Assembly: GCA_001643675.2 (NCBI GenBank)
Contig: LSRY02000049.1
Coordinates: forward strand, 620,001-684,000
Length of the DNA stretch: 64,000 bases
From: Monocercomonoides exilis PA203
Lineage: Eukaryota > Protista > Preaxostyla
Direction of reading: 5' to 3'
The notes beneath the pieces were generated by a model. It saw only the letters and a program-made list of their open reading frames with translations, searched no databases and was not told the origin of the DNA. Both the position numbers and the translations under genes were made by a program. This document shows, one piece after another, positions 13,219 through 25,399 of the stretch (the stretch's first letter is position 1; each line of letters opens with the position of its first letter).

Positions 13219-14028
13219 TTGTCGTCTTGAGCTCCAATAGGAAGATGAATCATTACTGGTCGATGCTAATTTTATTTTTGATGGAAAGAATCCAAAAGTT
13301 TGTTCTTCTATTATTCAAGATATAGAATAATCATCAAAATAAACAAATAAATATTTAAAAGTCAAACTGGATCCAGATGGTAATGTAATGCAGCTATCTT
13401 CTTCAATTTTTTTGTGAACTTGATATTTTAAATTATCTTTGAATGTGAAATAAAAAAAGTTTAACAGGATCAAATTATTCTTCAAAAATACCTTCATCTC
13501 CATGCAATGATTGATCCCTATTATAAGTGTTTTTCGTTTCAAAATCAGTGACTACGGATATTTGGCAATTAGCAGAATATTCCTTGAAAAAATTGCCAAA
13601 TCCAAAAAACCCAAATGAAAAGGAAAAAATCAATATAACTCAAAATATATGCTGGCTTCTATAAATGCAAACATTTGCGAACATGCATCAACAAATATGT
13701 TTTGTATTTCTCAAAATAAAAAGGAATTGTATGCAAAATAATAAAATTATAGAAATCGATCAAAATATGTTCGAATGAAGCAGTTTAACAAAAGCTTTTT
13801 CCAATACATATATCAATGACAATCAAATAGTTAGGAAAAAACTCAAAAATCACTGCAAATAAAATCATACAAAATGAATAGTGTTAATTGAAAATCAAAA
13901 AATATTCGAACTCTCGAAAGATTTATAAAATTAATTTCTTGAATGAAGTCGAGTAAAAACTTCTAATGCATACGTATAATATTGTTGTAAATGACAGGAG
14001 TTTTAAAGTTTATTTAGTTGATAAATAA

Positions 14029-16596
14029 TCAGGTTAACAAGCGAATAACATCGGAAAATGATTTAAAGTTCAGATCAGTAAAAGAAGGATCCAAAGCAAC
14101 AGAAGATAAACACTTAATTGGAACTACCATAGGAGGATTGTTTCTCATTGACACAATCAATTCTTTCTCTTCTTTTTGAATAATTTTAGGATCAATTCCT
14201 CTTTTAAACAACTTCTTTTCAAGTTTCTGCAAATGCAATGAAAAAATAAAGCGAGGAAGCATCTCTCTTTCATCTTTAACAGTCAATGCAACATTCCATT
14301 TTGCATATTTCTTCCTTTTTTCTGAGTCAATAACAAAATAAGGATGCGTCTCGTCTCCTGTGTTTGAAATAACAGTGAATGGATTTGAAATTGTAATTGA
14401 AAGTGATGTTGGATTATTGAACTTTGAAGCAAACCCATCTGATGTTCCAATGATTCCTGTAGAATTTTGAGAAGAAAGATGCTTGTCTTTGTTCAAAAAC
14501 TGATTTGCCAAATGGACATTTTGAATGGAACTTTTGGATAACTGAAATGGTATTTCAGGATTTAAGATAGATTTGGTATTTAAACTGCAAGATGTAAATA
14601 TGTTCTTTGAAATTGGTTGTACTTGCAGAGAATTCAAACTCTCTGGTAAATGTTGCTCGTTTGGTTCGTCATCATGCGATTTCGTTTGAAACGCTTCTTT
14701 TATTGATAATGGTTTACCATTTTCTTCTTTTTGTGGTAAAATTCCTTTTAAAAGTGATAAAGTGGAGGTTGTTTCATTGTGAGTCTTCTCAGAAAGTGAA
14801 TTTTGAAGCGAAATTTGCTTTCCATTATTCGAATGCTCTTGTAAATATTGTTCGCTTAATAAGGATTTCAATTTATCCAAAGGATCATATAATGTTTCTG
14901 AAGATTGTGATAATATCCCTTCTGACCGAATTGTTCCAGATTGTCTTGTATCTCCACCTATCTCAGAATGACTAAGTGTATTGTTCTTTCTTGTTTTGAT
15001 CTCTTCATTGATCTCATCACAGGATGGACACCGAAGTGCTTCTTGTCTGGACTTCTTCAAAACGATTCTGTAAAATCTGTCCATATCACTTTCCTGCCTG
15101 CGTCGCTCTTCTTTCTCTCTTTGTTTCAATTTCTTTTTGAGCACCTTTGCCAGTCTCGCTTTTTCGTATTCATTTAGCTCAGATGTCTCTTCTCCTTTGA
15201 GGCGATTTTGCAACTCTTCAAATGTAGCTTCGGCATCGGCCTCGTTTCTTTCGCGTTTCAGCTCCTCTACCATTTCTGCGTCTGCCCACATTTGTTTCTC
15301 TTCTTCACTTTCAATCCAGTCTTTCCGTGGCCAGACTCTAAAAAGTTTCCAATGCTGTTTTGCTTCTTTGATTTGCGACTTTATGAGCTCTTTCTTCTGT
15401 TTCGCTAATCCATTCCAGGATGATGTATTTTCTCCTTCACAAACAAACGCAGAACTTTTCTGCACGTCAGCAAGTTCCAGATCAGCCTTCTTCCATCGCT
15501 TCAGCAGTCCAATCAGCTCGGTTTCTCCTAACATCGAACGGCGCTCTCCATTGTGGTTCCACTCCAAGTCAAGACACAGCTTCCGTTGCTGTTGGGTTTC
15601 AAGAATTCCCTCTTTCATCAGTAGCTCTAAAGAGAGCGATGAACTAGTGTTTGAAAGAGATTGAGATGAAGAATCTTTTGTTGAGCTTGAACCAATTGAA
15701 GAACATTCATCATTGGCTGTAGTATTATTCTCAAAAGGATATGGCGAAGAATGAAGTAATGCCTCAGAGACAGATGACACTTTATCAACTTGGTTCGCTA
15801 AATTTATGGATGGAATTTTGTGTTTTGATAATTTTGAACAAGATTGAAAAGTTGAAGTCAATGGTTCAGAATTATAAGAACGAGTGGCAGCTGTTCCTGA
15901 AATCGAAGTGCCATTTTCTTTTTGTCTTTCGGAGTTTGTGTGCATCGTATTTTGTTCTCTAACGCTTTTGTTGCGGTTTTTAATACATTTGTTTTCGATC
16001 TCTGAGAAAAATGATGTACGAGTAATAATTTGATCTGGATCAGTTTCTTCTGAACAAAATTGATGTTCATATGCTTCCTGAAATCCATTTGAACGTACTT
16101 GCTCGTTTTCGTTTTCATCGTGTTGTTTGATAAGTTCCTTATGTTTTTGTTGAACCTGTTTTTCAAATGAACAAATATCGTCAGATGAAGAACTTAAGAT
16201 GTTTTTTTGATTGCACTTAGAACTGAAATTTTGTATGCACGTAGTTATGTGCTTCAACGGATTTAGTGTATGTAATTTTTGCTCAGTTGCGCGACTAAAT
16301 GAATTTTGCTCTCCTCTTTTTCCAAGTTCAACTAAAAATGAAGGATCTTTAACAAAATATTTTGATTGTGAAAAATCTTCTTTCTTTAAGATAATGTTCG
16401 GAAAATATTCTTCTTGTGTTTCCAAATGTTGCAAATTTGATGGATGATGATTTGAAATCGAAGTTTGAATTTTAAATGGAAATGATGATTTCGATGCAGT
16501 GAACTGATAGGACGTTGAATCAGTAGCAGGAGAATTAGACGCAGAAGCTTCTAAATCGCATGCAAATATTTCATTTGGTTTATCAGAAAGACTCAT
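14029..16596 (-). CDS. Hypothetical protein, paralogue C of the tandem family
   Basis: 855-aa ORF with the shared domain QIKEAKQHWKLFRVWPRKDWIE..EEKQMWADAE..TFEELQ..SDMDRF. Confidence 0.8.
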   Translation of the reverse strand: MSLSDKPNEIFACDLEASASNSPATDSTSYQFTASKSSFPFKIQTSISNHHPSNLQHLETQEEYFPNIILKKEDFSQSKYFVKDPSFLVELGKRGEQNSFSRATEQKLHTLNPLKHITTCIQNFSSKCNQKNILSSSSDDICSFEKQVQQKHKELIKQHDENENEQVRSNGFQEAYEHQFCSEETDPDQIITRTSFFSEIENKCIKNRNKSVREQNTMHTNSERQKENGTSISGTAATRSYNSEPLTSTFQSCSKLSKHKIPSINLANQVDKVSSVSEALLHSSPYPFENNTTANDECSSIGSSSTKDSSSQSLSNTSSSLSLELLMKEGILETQQQRKLCLDLEWNHNGERRSMLGETELIGLLKRWKKADLELADVQKSSAFVCEGENTSSWNGLAKQKKELIKSQIKEAKQHWKLFRVWPRKDWIESEEEKQMWADAEMVEELKRERNEADAEATFEELQNRLKGEETSELNEYEKARLAKVLKKKLKQREKEERRRQESDMDRFYRIVLKKSRQEALRCPSCDEINEEIKTRKNNTLSHSEIGGDTRQSGTIRSEGILSQSSETLYDPLDKLKSLLSEQYLQEHSNNGKQISLQNSLSEKTHNETTSTLSLLKGILPQKEENGKPLSIKEAFQTKSHDDEPNEQHLPESLNSLQVQPISKNIFTSCSLNTKSILNPEIPFQLSKSSIQNVHLANQFLNKDKHLSSQNSTGIIGTSDGFASKFNNPTSLSITISNPFTVISNTGDETHPYFVIDSEKRKKYAKWNVALTVKDEREMLPRFIFSLHLQKLEKKLFKRGIDPKIIQKEEKELIVSMRNNPPMVVPIKCLSSVALDPSFTDLNFKSFSDVIRLLT

Positions 16597-17205
16597 TAAT
16601 ATTGCAACTGTTTTTTAAAAAAAATTAAAAGTCCAATGATGATAAACTTTTCACCATATACCACTCCAAGAAAATGTTAATATAATAATATATTGTAATT
16701 ACTTTTACAGATAATGTTAAAAATTTTTTTTATTATTTAATTCTGCTGTTTATTAGAAAATATTAATTGATCAATAAGCCGTAATTAAAATATGTTTTTC
16801 GAAGTATTTTTTTGCTCAAAAAATGCTTTAATCTGATGTTGAAAATACATAAATTGTAGCTTGATAACGAGGAAATTTATTCTTTCAAAAGGCGATCATA
16901 AACATGAGTTCATTTTGCAATTTTCAACGTTTTTTATTTCATTTGGATCTTTTATATTTAGAAAAAAAAAATTTCTTTATCTCACTTGAAATTTTCAGTT
17001 GCATTTTTTTATCAAAATTTTGTTCCCTATTCCGAAAGTTGACAAAAAAGGAAAATTGCAAGAAATAAAAACATTGCAATACAGTTGTTTTCATTCTTTG
17101 ATATTTTGTGAATCTGAACAGAAAGTTCTATTTATAAGGTTTCATTTATTATATCCTGAAAGTTTTCAAAAGTGTTTTTTTGTAAACATAAGTTGAAATC
17201 CAATA

Positions 17206-17254
17206 AAGTCATGGATATATCCCGGGAAAGGGACAAAACCCGGGAAAGTCTAAT
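17206..17254 (+). repeat. Left terminal-inverted-repeat-like sequence (49 bp), preceded by TA
   Basis: AAGTCATGGATATATCCCGGGAAAGGGACAAAACCCGGGAAAGTCTAAT matches the reverse complement of 37909-37957 at 44/49 positions. It contains a tandem GGACAAAACCCGGGAAAG-like unit and lies ~420 bp upstream of the pogo-like transposase. Confidence 0.8.
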
Positions 17255-18686
17255 GAAAAACTCAAAAAAGAAAAAGTGAGTTGAAGAATTTGATTTTGAA
17301 AAAATCGAACATCTTCCTTTTGTACTTCTATTGTGCATTGTTTAACTTTTTTTGAAATGATGAGATTATTGAATTAATTCAATAAAATGAATGGATCACA
17401 AAGCCATTATGTTCACTTTTTTTTCAATATGGGTAATTCTTTTTGAAAAGTCACAAAAAGGTTTAATTTTCAAATAAATCGAAATTTTCATATTTTGATC
17501 AAATTTCTGTTTCAGCTCACAAATCTCCCCAAGAATGTTTGAAATGGCATTATCCAATAATGGATTCCATATTTGGAAAGTTTGGTGCATGTTAACCAAA
17601 TTTTTATGAAATATGAAATTTTTGATTTATTGAAAAATAAAACATTTGTGACTTTTCATAAAGAATTACACATATGTCTTCTTTTGCTTCGTCTTCAGAA
17701 CTTTCAAAGGTTTTTACGACTGCAGAATTTATAAGATTAAACTCAAAAGGTGAAAAAATAAATTATCTTCTTTCAAGAAAAGAGATTACACACAAAAGCA
17801 TTATTTCATCTGGCTTCGTTTCTTCTTCACCTCTATATCGACATATCTCTTCTTTAAATCAGGGAAGAGACCCCAAACACAATGGCAGACCGAATTTGTT
17901 CAACTAAGAAGAATAAGAAGAAATAGAAGACTGCTCCAAATCTCATCCACTTTCAACGGATTAAGTTACATTCAAAGATATCAGTTATATATTTTTGTTT
18001 TTGTTTTGATATTTTTATTAACTTTTTTGATGTTGTTTTTTCAGGCTGAACTCGTCTTGCAGAGAAAAAACCGAAACAAGGATGACAACAGCGAATTGAC
18101 AGAAATAAATGAAAAATGGGCAAGACGGTTCATTAAAAGAAGCAATGCTCTTCAAACGGTAAACCAAAATCCATTGATGTGAAAAGGTTGTTTACATCTT
18201 CAACGGAAAACATTTCAGCGTGGTTTGCATTGCTGGGTGACACTATAAGAACAAACAAAATTTGCGCTGATCTGATATTAAATAAAGCGAAACAGGCGTT
18301 TGTTCATGTAAATCTGTTGACAATTTCGTAATCAAACGATCAGATCAAAAAGATCCAATGTTACACTCCCTACAACATCAGCCCAACGCAACATTGGTTT
18401 TCGGAGTTTTTGCAGATGGATCTTCAATTAATCCAGTGATGATTTGGCCCACAAAAACTGTTCCAAAAGATCTTACAGTTTCAAAATATCAACGAATTGA
18501 AATTGTTGCTAACGGAAGCGGATGGATAACACAAAAATACTATAAGGAAATCATGCTGAAAAACATTTTTCCCACTGTTAATATTAAAAGAATTGAACTA
18601 CATGGATCGGAAGCATCGGTGCTTATTTTTATGGATGGGCATTCATCGAGGCTTTGCTGGCCTGTTATTTCATTGTCTCGTGAGCA

Positions 18687-18893
18687 GGCATAGGTCTATT
18701 TTGTACCAGTTTGGAAAGGCTTTTATATATTTTTTTATTAGCATATTATTAATTCTTATAATTATAGAAAACAAACTGCTGATGGAAAAACGCGAAATTC
18801 TTCCATCAAAAAATTGATATTTTTTCTATTTTTTCTCAACCCATAATTTTTTTGCTGTGATCGCAAAATTAAACAATTCAATTTATTAACTTT
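18687..18893 (+). repeat. Left 207-bp TIR of the inserted element
   Basis: Reverse complement of 22182-22388. Confidence 0.93.
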
Positions 18894-19183
18894 TCAAAGT
18901 TTTTTCATATATTTCGTGTGTGTGATTTTTATAATAATCATTTATATTTATCAAAAGTTTCCTAATGTTGTTAAAAAACCATTGGAATGTTGCTCTATTC
19001 ACAAAAATTCTTTTTGAGTGCATTTATTGCTTTCACAAGAATATAAATAGAAATCATGTTGTATATAATTTATATAGCAACATTGTTATGAAGATATATG
19101 TGTGTTTATTTTAAATAGTTTTTAATTTTCTACTAAACTGTTTTGTATTTGTTATTTTGTTTTTTGATTCAACTGAATAGGAA

Positions 19184-19860
19184 ATGACAGTTTTTTGTGG
19201 AAGAAGAGCTTACGTGTTTGAGTGTTCTTTTGCTTTGTGCTCACTTACAGGTTCACATGGAAGAGGGATAAGTTGCTCATATGTTCCAGCTGCATTCAAA
19301 ATGCGTTGCATGCAGTTCATTTCGTGCTCAGCAGTGTCATATGGCGGAGGGATGAGATTTTATCCTGATCAATCAACACCCCCAAGCAACAACCTTTATT
19401 TTTGTTTCTTCTTCTTCCACGATTGCAGATGCAACGCTTCCACTCCATATAGCAATGATTTGTTTTTCCAAGATCTATGCAATCTCTTTTCATCGGCAAA
19501 CCCGTTCTACGAATCGTACACAACGAATAGTGATGATAAGAGAGTGTGCCGCCAATATTATAATGGAAGCAGTTATGTGTATCAGCACACAGAAAAGAAG
19601 TTGTGGTTGAAGGAGGGAATGAAAGATAGATATGTTGGTGTGGGTGGAAGTGACACAAACAATTTGTGTGGGATGAGTGAGGCAGCACCTTGCAAGACAG
19701 TGGGGCATGCAGCGGAGTCGAGCATGGCGCAGTTGAGCTCGACAATCACAGTGCTGAGTGGGAGGCATGTGAGCTAAGGGGTGACGATCAATGTTGGGGA
19801 AAAGAAGATTTCTGTTGTTTGGAGAGGGAAAACAGTGAGTGTGATCGGGATAGATTCTCT
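19184..19860 (+). pseudogene. Internal fragment of a Cys/Gly-rich beta-helix surface protein gene carried inside the TIR element
   Basis: FECSFALCS...FISCSAVSYGGGM...RYVGVGGSDTNNLCGMSEAAPCKTVGHA has the same GxD..CG....C.T module as the 55353 gene. It is truncated at both ends with an in-frame TAA at 19775. Confidence 0.75.
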
Positions 19861-20913
19861 CTTTCTTCGACTTCGACAACGGAATAGGAAGTTCGTCGAT
19901 AAATGTGTTTGTGATGTCTGTTGGGGTCGAAAAATTTTTGCTGGCTAAAATAATGGCAAATCCAAGATCTGAAGGAGAACATCCAATAAAATCACGTATT
20001 TGCGCTTGCAATGCCATAGCTGCCAATAACTGCTATTGAGGTGAAAAATCAAAATTCTGCATCAGCCCCTCGTCTCCATGTTGCACCCCTCACAATCTTC
20101 GTTTCTATTGCTCCCATCACCTTCACCGCTGTTTTGGTCTATTCCGAAACAAGAATCATCGAAAAATTCTTCTGTTGCGATGCATCGCCAGCTGCACCCT
20201 GAAGAAAAAAAAATACGGGAAAAAATTCATTCAGAAAGTGTTACATGTTAACAGTTCCCTCGAGAGGCAAACAGAATGGAAGACCTCTATCACACCAGCA
20301 GAACAAAGATAATAAAATGAAAAGAAATGGAGCAACCTTCAAACACATTCGCACAACCCCCAACAACATTTTGAAAGCAAAGGGTGTAGGAGGAGTAACG
20401 AATATTATTCACGTACGGGCACAGCCAGATTTCCCAAACATCTCAGCAGTTCACAGCCGTCCCACCTCAAAAATAGAATTTCACACTTCAGAAAGAGCTG
20501 ACTTACGTTCATCTTCAATGGAAAAACAATTTTATTAAAGACACTTCGTTTTCACAAATTATTTTTAAAAGCACAATTCATTCATTGAACTTTTTTAAAT
20601 CTCTTTAATTAAAAATTTCTTAAAAAATGGTGAAATGTTGGAATTTAAGTTTTCTATGTGAGGTGGTTTTTCGAAATTCAGCTTAGAACCTTTGAAAAAG
20701 CGTTTATCTGTCTATGCAGTTTTAAAAGTGATTTTTGCACCACGTTTCTCCTGTGTTTTTCGTTTTGTCTTCAGATACCACACAGAAACCTTGACAAAAA
20801 TAAGACAGCATGGTCAAAGAATAAAAGAAAAGACATAAATTAATTGTTACAGAAGATTTGAAAAAAGTTAACAACAAAGTTATTAAAATACAAAAAAATC
20901 AAGATGAAAGAAT

Positions 20914-21850
20914 TTGAATATAATAAAATCATTGTCTCAGAAGTTTTCACAAACCAATGAAGTTTCCTTGTCTCTTTTTTGTATTCCATATATCAAATGC
21001 CTCTTTGTCTCAGCCTTTTTCTTTCATCTTCCTCCTCTCCTTTCTTCTCTTCTCGTTCAGTTAAACTCTGTTGTTTTTAAACACTCAATCTCTATCTCCA
21101 TCATCTTTCCTCAAATTTCCAAAAGCCAAGTCCTCCAGCCTCTATTGTCTATTGCGTCAGCACCTTCAGTCACCGCCACTCCATTGGAAGCATGTTTATC
21201 CAGAACCTTCTCTTCTTTTCTGCTTGTTTCGAAAGGACTCGTCATTTCCTTAACTTCACTCCCCACAGCATGCTATCCTTCGTACTCTCTCTTTTCGCTT
21301 CTCTCATTTCATTCACTGCATTCAACTGTATCTCTTCTCAACAATATGAAGATTGTTTCACTTCCATCACAGACAACAAAAAATGCAAAGTCGTTCCTTT
21401 GATCTCGACGATCATTGAAATGTCTCAAACAAACACTCCACAGAACCTTTCATTCTCCCACAGCAACTTTTTTTCTTTTCAATATTTTTTCTTCTTCCTC
21501 TTCACGCAATTGCTTATTAAAGCCTCATATCAAAGCCAATCTCTTATATCCTATTCAAATTCATTAGGCGCACCGTATCTTTATCGTTGTTTCTGTCTTC
21601 TATATCCATTTTCTTCCTCAGCAGCGATGAGCATCCAATCATCTGTTTGACAACTTATCTCCTTTGCAACTTCATCTTGCATCTCTTGAAGCAAATAATT
21701 AACTGCCAATTTCTTCTTTCTCCTCTTCGCCTTTGATTCTGCAGTCTTGTCTTGTCCATCTTTTCTTCTCATCCAGCTTCTTCATGACTTTGTCAAAGCA
21801 TCAATAACGCTGTATGCTCTCTTTCACTTTGCGTTGCTTCCTTCCTTTGA
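20914..21850 (-). pseudogene. Heavily decayed E/K-rich coding remnant inside the TIR element
   Basis: Purine-rich minus strand with short E/K-rich frames broken by many stops; the family cannot be identified by eye. Confidence 0.3.
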
Positions 21851-22181
21851 AAAACAACAAAAAATCCATCGATCACATTATCAACTGTTCGGTGAGGAAT
21901 GTGAAAAAAGAATGAAAATATTCAGATAATTATATTTTTATTATCAACAATCTATTGAAATATGAAACGCATTCACAGTTGAAAATCGTTGTTTTTGATA
22001 TTGAACAAAATGCTTCAACAATAATTGTGTGTGAGTGTGCGTACGCAAGAATTTGTTCAGAATAATGAATCGGTTCAAAATTGAGAAATATTTCATAATA
22101 CCAGTAAAATTTTCTCAAGCAAACAGCAGCATAAATATTTCTTCTTCAACCATTTCATTGTTAACAATGTTTGTTCATCAG

Positions 22182-22388
22182 AAAGTTAATAAATTGAATT
22201 GTTTAATTTTGCGATCACAGCAAAAAAATTATGGGTTGAGAAAAAATAGAAAAAATATCAATTTTTTGATGGAAGAATTTCGCGTTTTTCCATCAGCAGT
22301 TTGTTTTCTATAATTATAAGAATTAATAATATGCTAATAAAAAAATATATAAAAGCCTTTCCAAACTGGTACAAAATAGACCTATGCC
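22182..22388 (-). repeat. Right 207-bp TIR of the inserted element
   Basis: Reverse complement of 18687-18893, followed by TSD CGTGAGCA. Confidence 0.93.
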
Positions 22389-24469
22389 CGTGAGCATTCA
22401 ATCGAAATAATTATTCCTCCTTCGCACACTCCCTATTTGACACAACCGCTTGATAGCTATGTGTTTGCGCAATTCACAAAAAGACTGTATTCATTTTTTC
22501 AGCCTCCAACCGAAAGTGGAATATCGTCATATAGAAAAGCTCTTGTGCCAGCATTGGCAGATGCTGTGAATGCTGCGTTGGAACCTACAACTATTAAAAA
22601 ATCGTTCTTCGCTTGCGGGATAGAGCCATTTGATCCGTCAGTTGTTTTAGACAGACTGCCCAATCAGTCTTCAATCACAAAAATATCTTCAATTTGTTCA
22701 TCGGCCCGTCCTTCTAATGGAGTTTTTAACATGAAAGTTTTAACAAGTGATGATTTTGTTCAGGAAAACAAACCAAGTGAAGAAGGTTTGAATATTTTCA
22801 TAAGATTGGAATGAGATGTTTATCTTTCTTATTCTTTTTTTTTATTCTTCCGAGAAAAAGAAAAAAGTGAATCCAGCAACTTGAAAGACAGTCTACAAAA
22901 GCAAATATCAGAGAGGAAAGCAAAAAAGGATAAATGTGATGTGGAAACAAAATGAAAGATATCGGAACAAACTCCTGAAGAAGAAATAGATGAATCTTCT
23001 TTGTTTTCAGGAGAAAAACAAAAAAGAAAACAAGTGTCTGAAAAAAAATGGGTAAAACAATTTTATTTCAGCTGAATGCGACTTTTCTTTTCAAACAATT
23101 TAGTTTTGCAACTTGTTTATTAATTTTTTTTCATTTTGTTTGATTATTTTCAAATAGTCTCATATCAGCGAATGTTTCTTTTCGATCGTGTTTTTTATTG
23201 TTCGATTCATTTATAATCAAGAAAACCTTATTAAAAAAACATGTTATGAACGTTTTTTTTAAATATATGGGTGATTCTTTTTGAAAGCATAATTTTTGAA
23301 TGAAAATTTTCGAAGTGGAAAAAATAACATTGAAATGATTAAAAAACACATGTATTTTGCATGAAGATATTATTTTCGATAATATATTCATATGGGTCAT
23401 TATTTTTCTTATCATAACTTAGTTCGAAGAAAGATCATTTTTTTTTGATAATTGTGGAAAAAGAGAAAAAACAAAAATAAATATTTTTAAATGAATAATC
23501 AAAGAATTGTGATTGAATATTAAAAAACAAAGTTGATTTGAGAAAATTCTAAGAAATCCATAATTTAATTTTGTTTTCAGTTATATCTAATATTTGAATT
23601 ATTTGGAATTATGAAGGTTAAAAAGCTCAATAATTTCTTATTGAAGATTACAATTTGAGCATGATTGATTTATATTGCTTTTTTGAAATGATTGACATGA
23701 ACTATCATCAAAAAATGTGTGAATTGTTGATTTATTAAATTTTATTCGAAATTAAAGAATTTATTATTTTGTGCAATATTTTTTTAATTTTATTTATGTT
23801 ATGAACGATCATAATACAATATAGGTCGATTCGAGACGTTGAAGAGAAGCAATATATTTAATAAAATAATTGTATTGTTTTTTTGAATAATGAAACGAAT
23901 AATTGAAAAATAATAATGTCAAATCTTGATTATTACATGTTATCATTTCGAACATTTTGGATAAAATGTGAAAAGTTACCGCAATGTTTTATTTTGCTAT
24001 TATATTATTTTTCATTGTTTTTTGTTTTTTCTTCATTTCAAACATTGCACTTTGTTATTTTTATTGAAAAGTTTATTATTTTTGAAATTTACACTTTGTT
24101 TATCACTGAAAAAACATTAATTTGTTAAAACTTAAATGAGACCTAATTTTTTTGATAAATTCGATAGAAGAACTAGTCAAACATAACACATCAATTTGAT
24201 TTCTCATTAAACATATAATTAACTTTAACAATTACAAAATATTTATTTCAATTTACCAGTGTACAGGTGAAATGAAGAAAAAAGATAAAACTTTAAAAAA
24301 AAGTGAAGAAAAATTCGTTTCATAAATGATAGCCAAAAAAAAACCTGTCCAATTGCAAAGCTTCATTTTTTCCAAACTTAAGGCAAATTAATTGTTCCAA
24401 TTCAGTTTGCTTCAGAAACATGAAAAGCTGAAATAAAAAAATTTCCTCCAAGACTATTTGCTTTTCATT

Positions 24470-25240
24470 TCTGAAATTCGAAGAAGCTTATCCTATCTCT
24501 TTGAGAAACACGCCATAAATACATCCAACCTCCATAATACTTTTGAGAAATACAAGAATTAAACGAATTATTCTCAGTCTTGACTGAACTGATCGAATTT
24601 CAAAAAATCACTCCCCCAGTATAATATGCTGTGCAGTTGTTGAACGAACAAAATTTCACTGAAAGTGTTCCTGATGCCTTGTTGAACATTGATATAGCCC
24701 CTCCACTCGATATTCCATCTGAAGAGGAATCGCTTGTCCCTGTCGTCTTCGACCCGTTCCACTCGCACCAAATAAATGAATTTGCTCCATCGTCTGTTGT
24801 GTTTTGTCTCCCTGGTTTCAATGGGTTTTCTTTGCTTCCAATGAATTCAATATTTCTTGTCCTGCAACACTCAACGAACGAAGTGTTTGAGACAGCCAAT
24901 GAAGATGAGGGGCTGTTGAGCGAGGGGACAATCCCTCCATCATACACATCCCACACTGATGAAAATGAGCATCCACTCATCAGAAATGCTCTTTGACTCA
25001 GTCTTTCATTTAAATGTGTTGTTTTCTGTGGATTTGTCGAGATGTTGAAGAAGGTCAGTTTGGAAAGAGATACAAGGGGTGTCAAAGGCGGTGCAAGAAA
25101 CGGGGCTGATGAAACACAAAAAGATGAGAAATCTGACTCGCTCACCAGAACACTCCCTCCTCCTTCTCTTTCTTCGTCTCTTCCTTCTCCACCTCTTCCT
25201 TCACCACCTCTTCCTTCACCTCTTTCTCTTCCTCTCAATA
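24470..25240 (-). pseudogene. N-terminal fragment of a beta-helix surface protein gene (frameshifted)
   Basis: SDFSSFCVSSAPFL..LTFFNIST..GCSFSSVWDVYDGGIV..SNTSFVEC aligns with TSFSSFCVAGSKPL..CHFRNIT..GCSFEEVWNPINGGIL..FNSTFFRC of the 55353 gene. After a frameshift near 24600 it continues NSISSVKTENNSFNSC..YYGG and then stops. Confidence 0.75.
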
Positions 25241-25399
25241 AAATATTTCTTATAACCCCAAAAATCTTACAACCCTTTTCTTATCTCTTTCTGCTGAAAA
25301 TATAATGAATCTCATAAAAAAATATAACAGACCTTCGCTGTCAATGCATTTTTATAATTAATAATCCTATAAAGCTCTTTCCCAAGTTGAATCCACCGA

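Larger units (their letters stand above)
18687..22388. mobile_element. Non-autonomous TIR DNA transposon (3702 bp), GG...CC termini, 8-bp TSD; Merlin-like (MuDR-like alternative)
   Basis: 207-bp TIRs at 18687-18893 and 22182-22388 start GGCATAGGTC and appear identical. TSD CGTGAGCA is at 18679-18686 and 22389-22396. No transposase is visible inside. Confidence 0.92.
17674..22814 (+). pseudogene. pogo/Fot-like (DDE_1, DD35D) transposase pseudogene, interrupted by the 18687-22388 insertion
   Basis: N-terminal HTH-like GRPNLFN*EE*EEI with premature stops and frameshifts, then TLVFGVFADGSSINPVMIW, NGSGWIT and FMDGHSSR. Removing the insertion and one TSD copy restores MDGHSSRLCWPVISLSREHSIEIIIPPSHTPYLTQPLDSYVF (35 residues between the Ds), followed by IKKSFFACGIEPFDP. 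Confidence 0.88.

Noticed and set aside
17211-17250. CRISPR-like direct repeats
   Set aside because: There are only two adjacent units with no spacers, in a eukaryotic context; they are explained as TIR sub-repeats.
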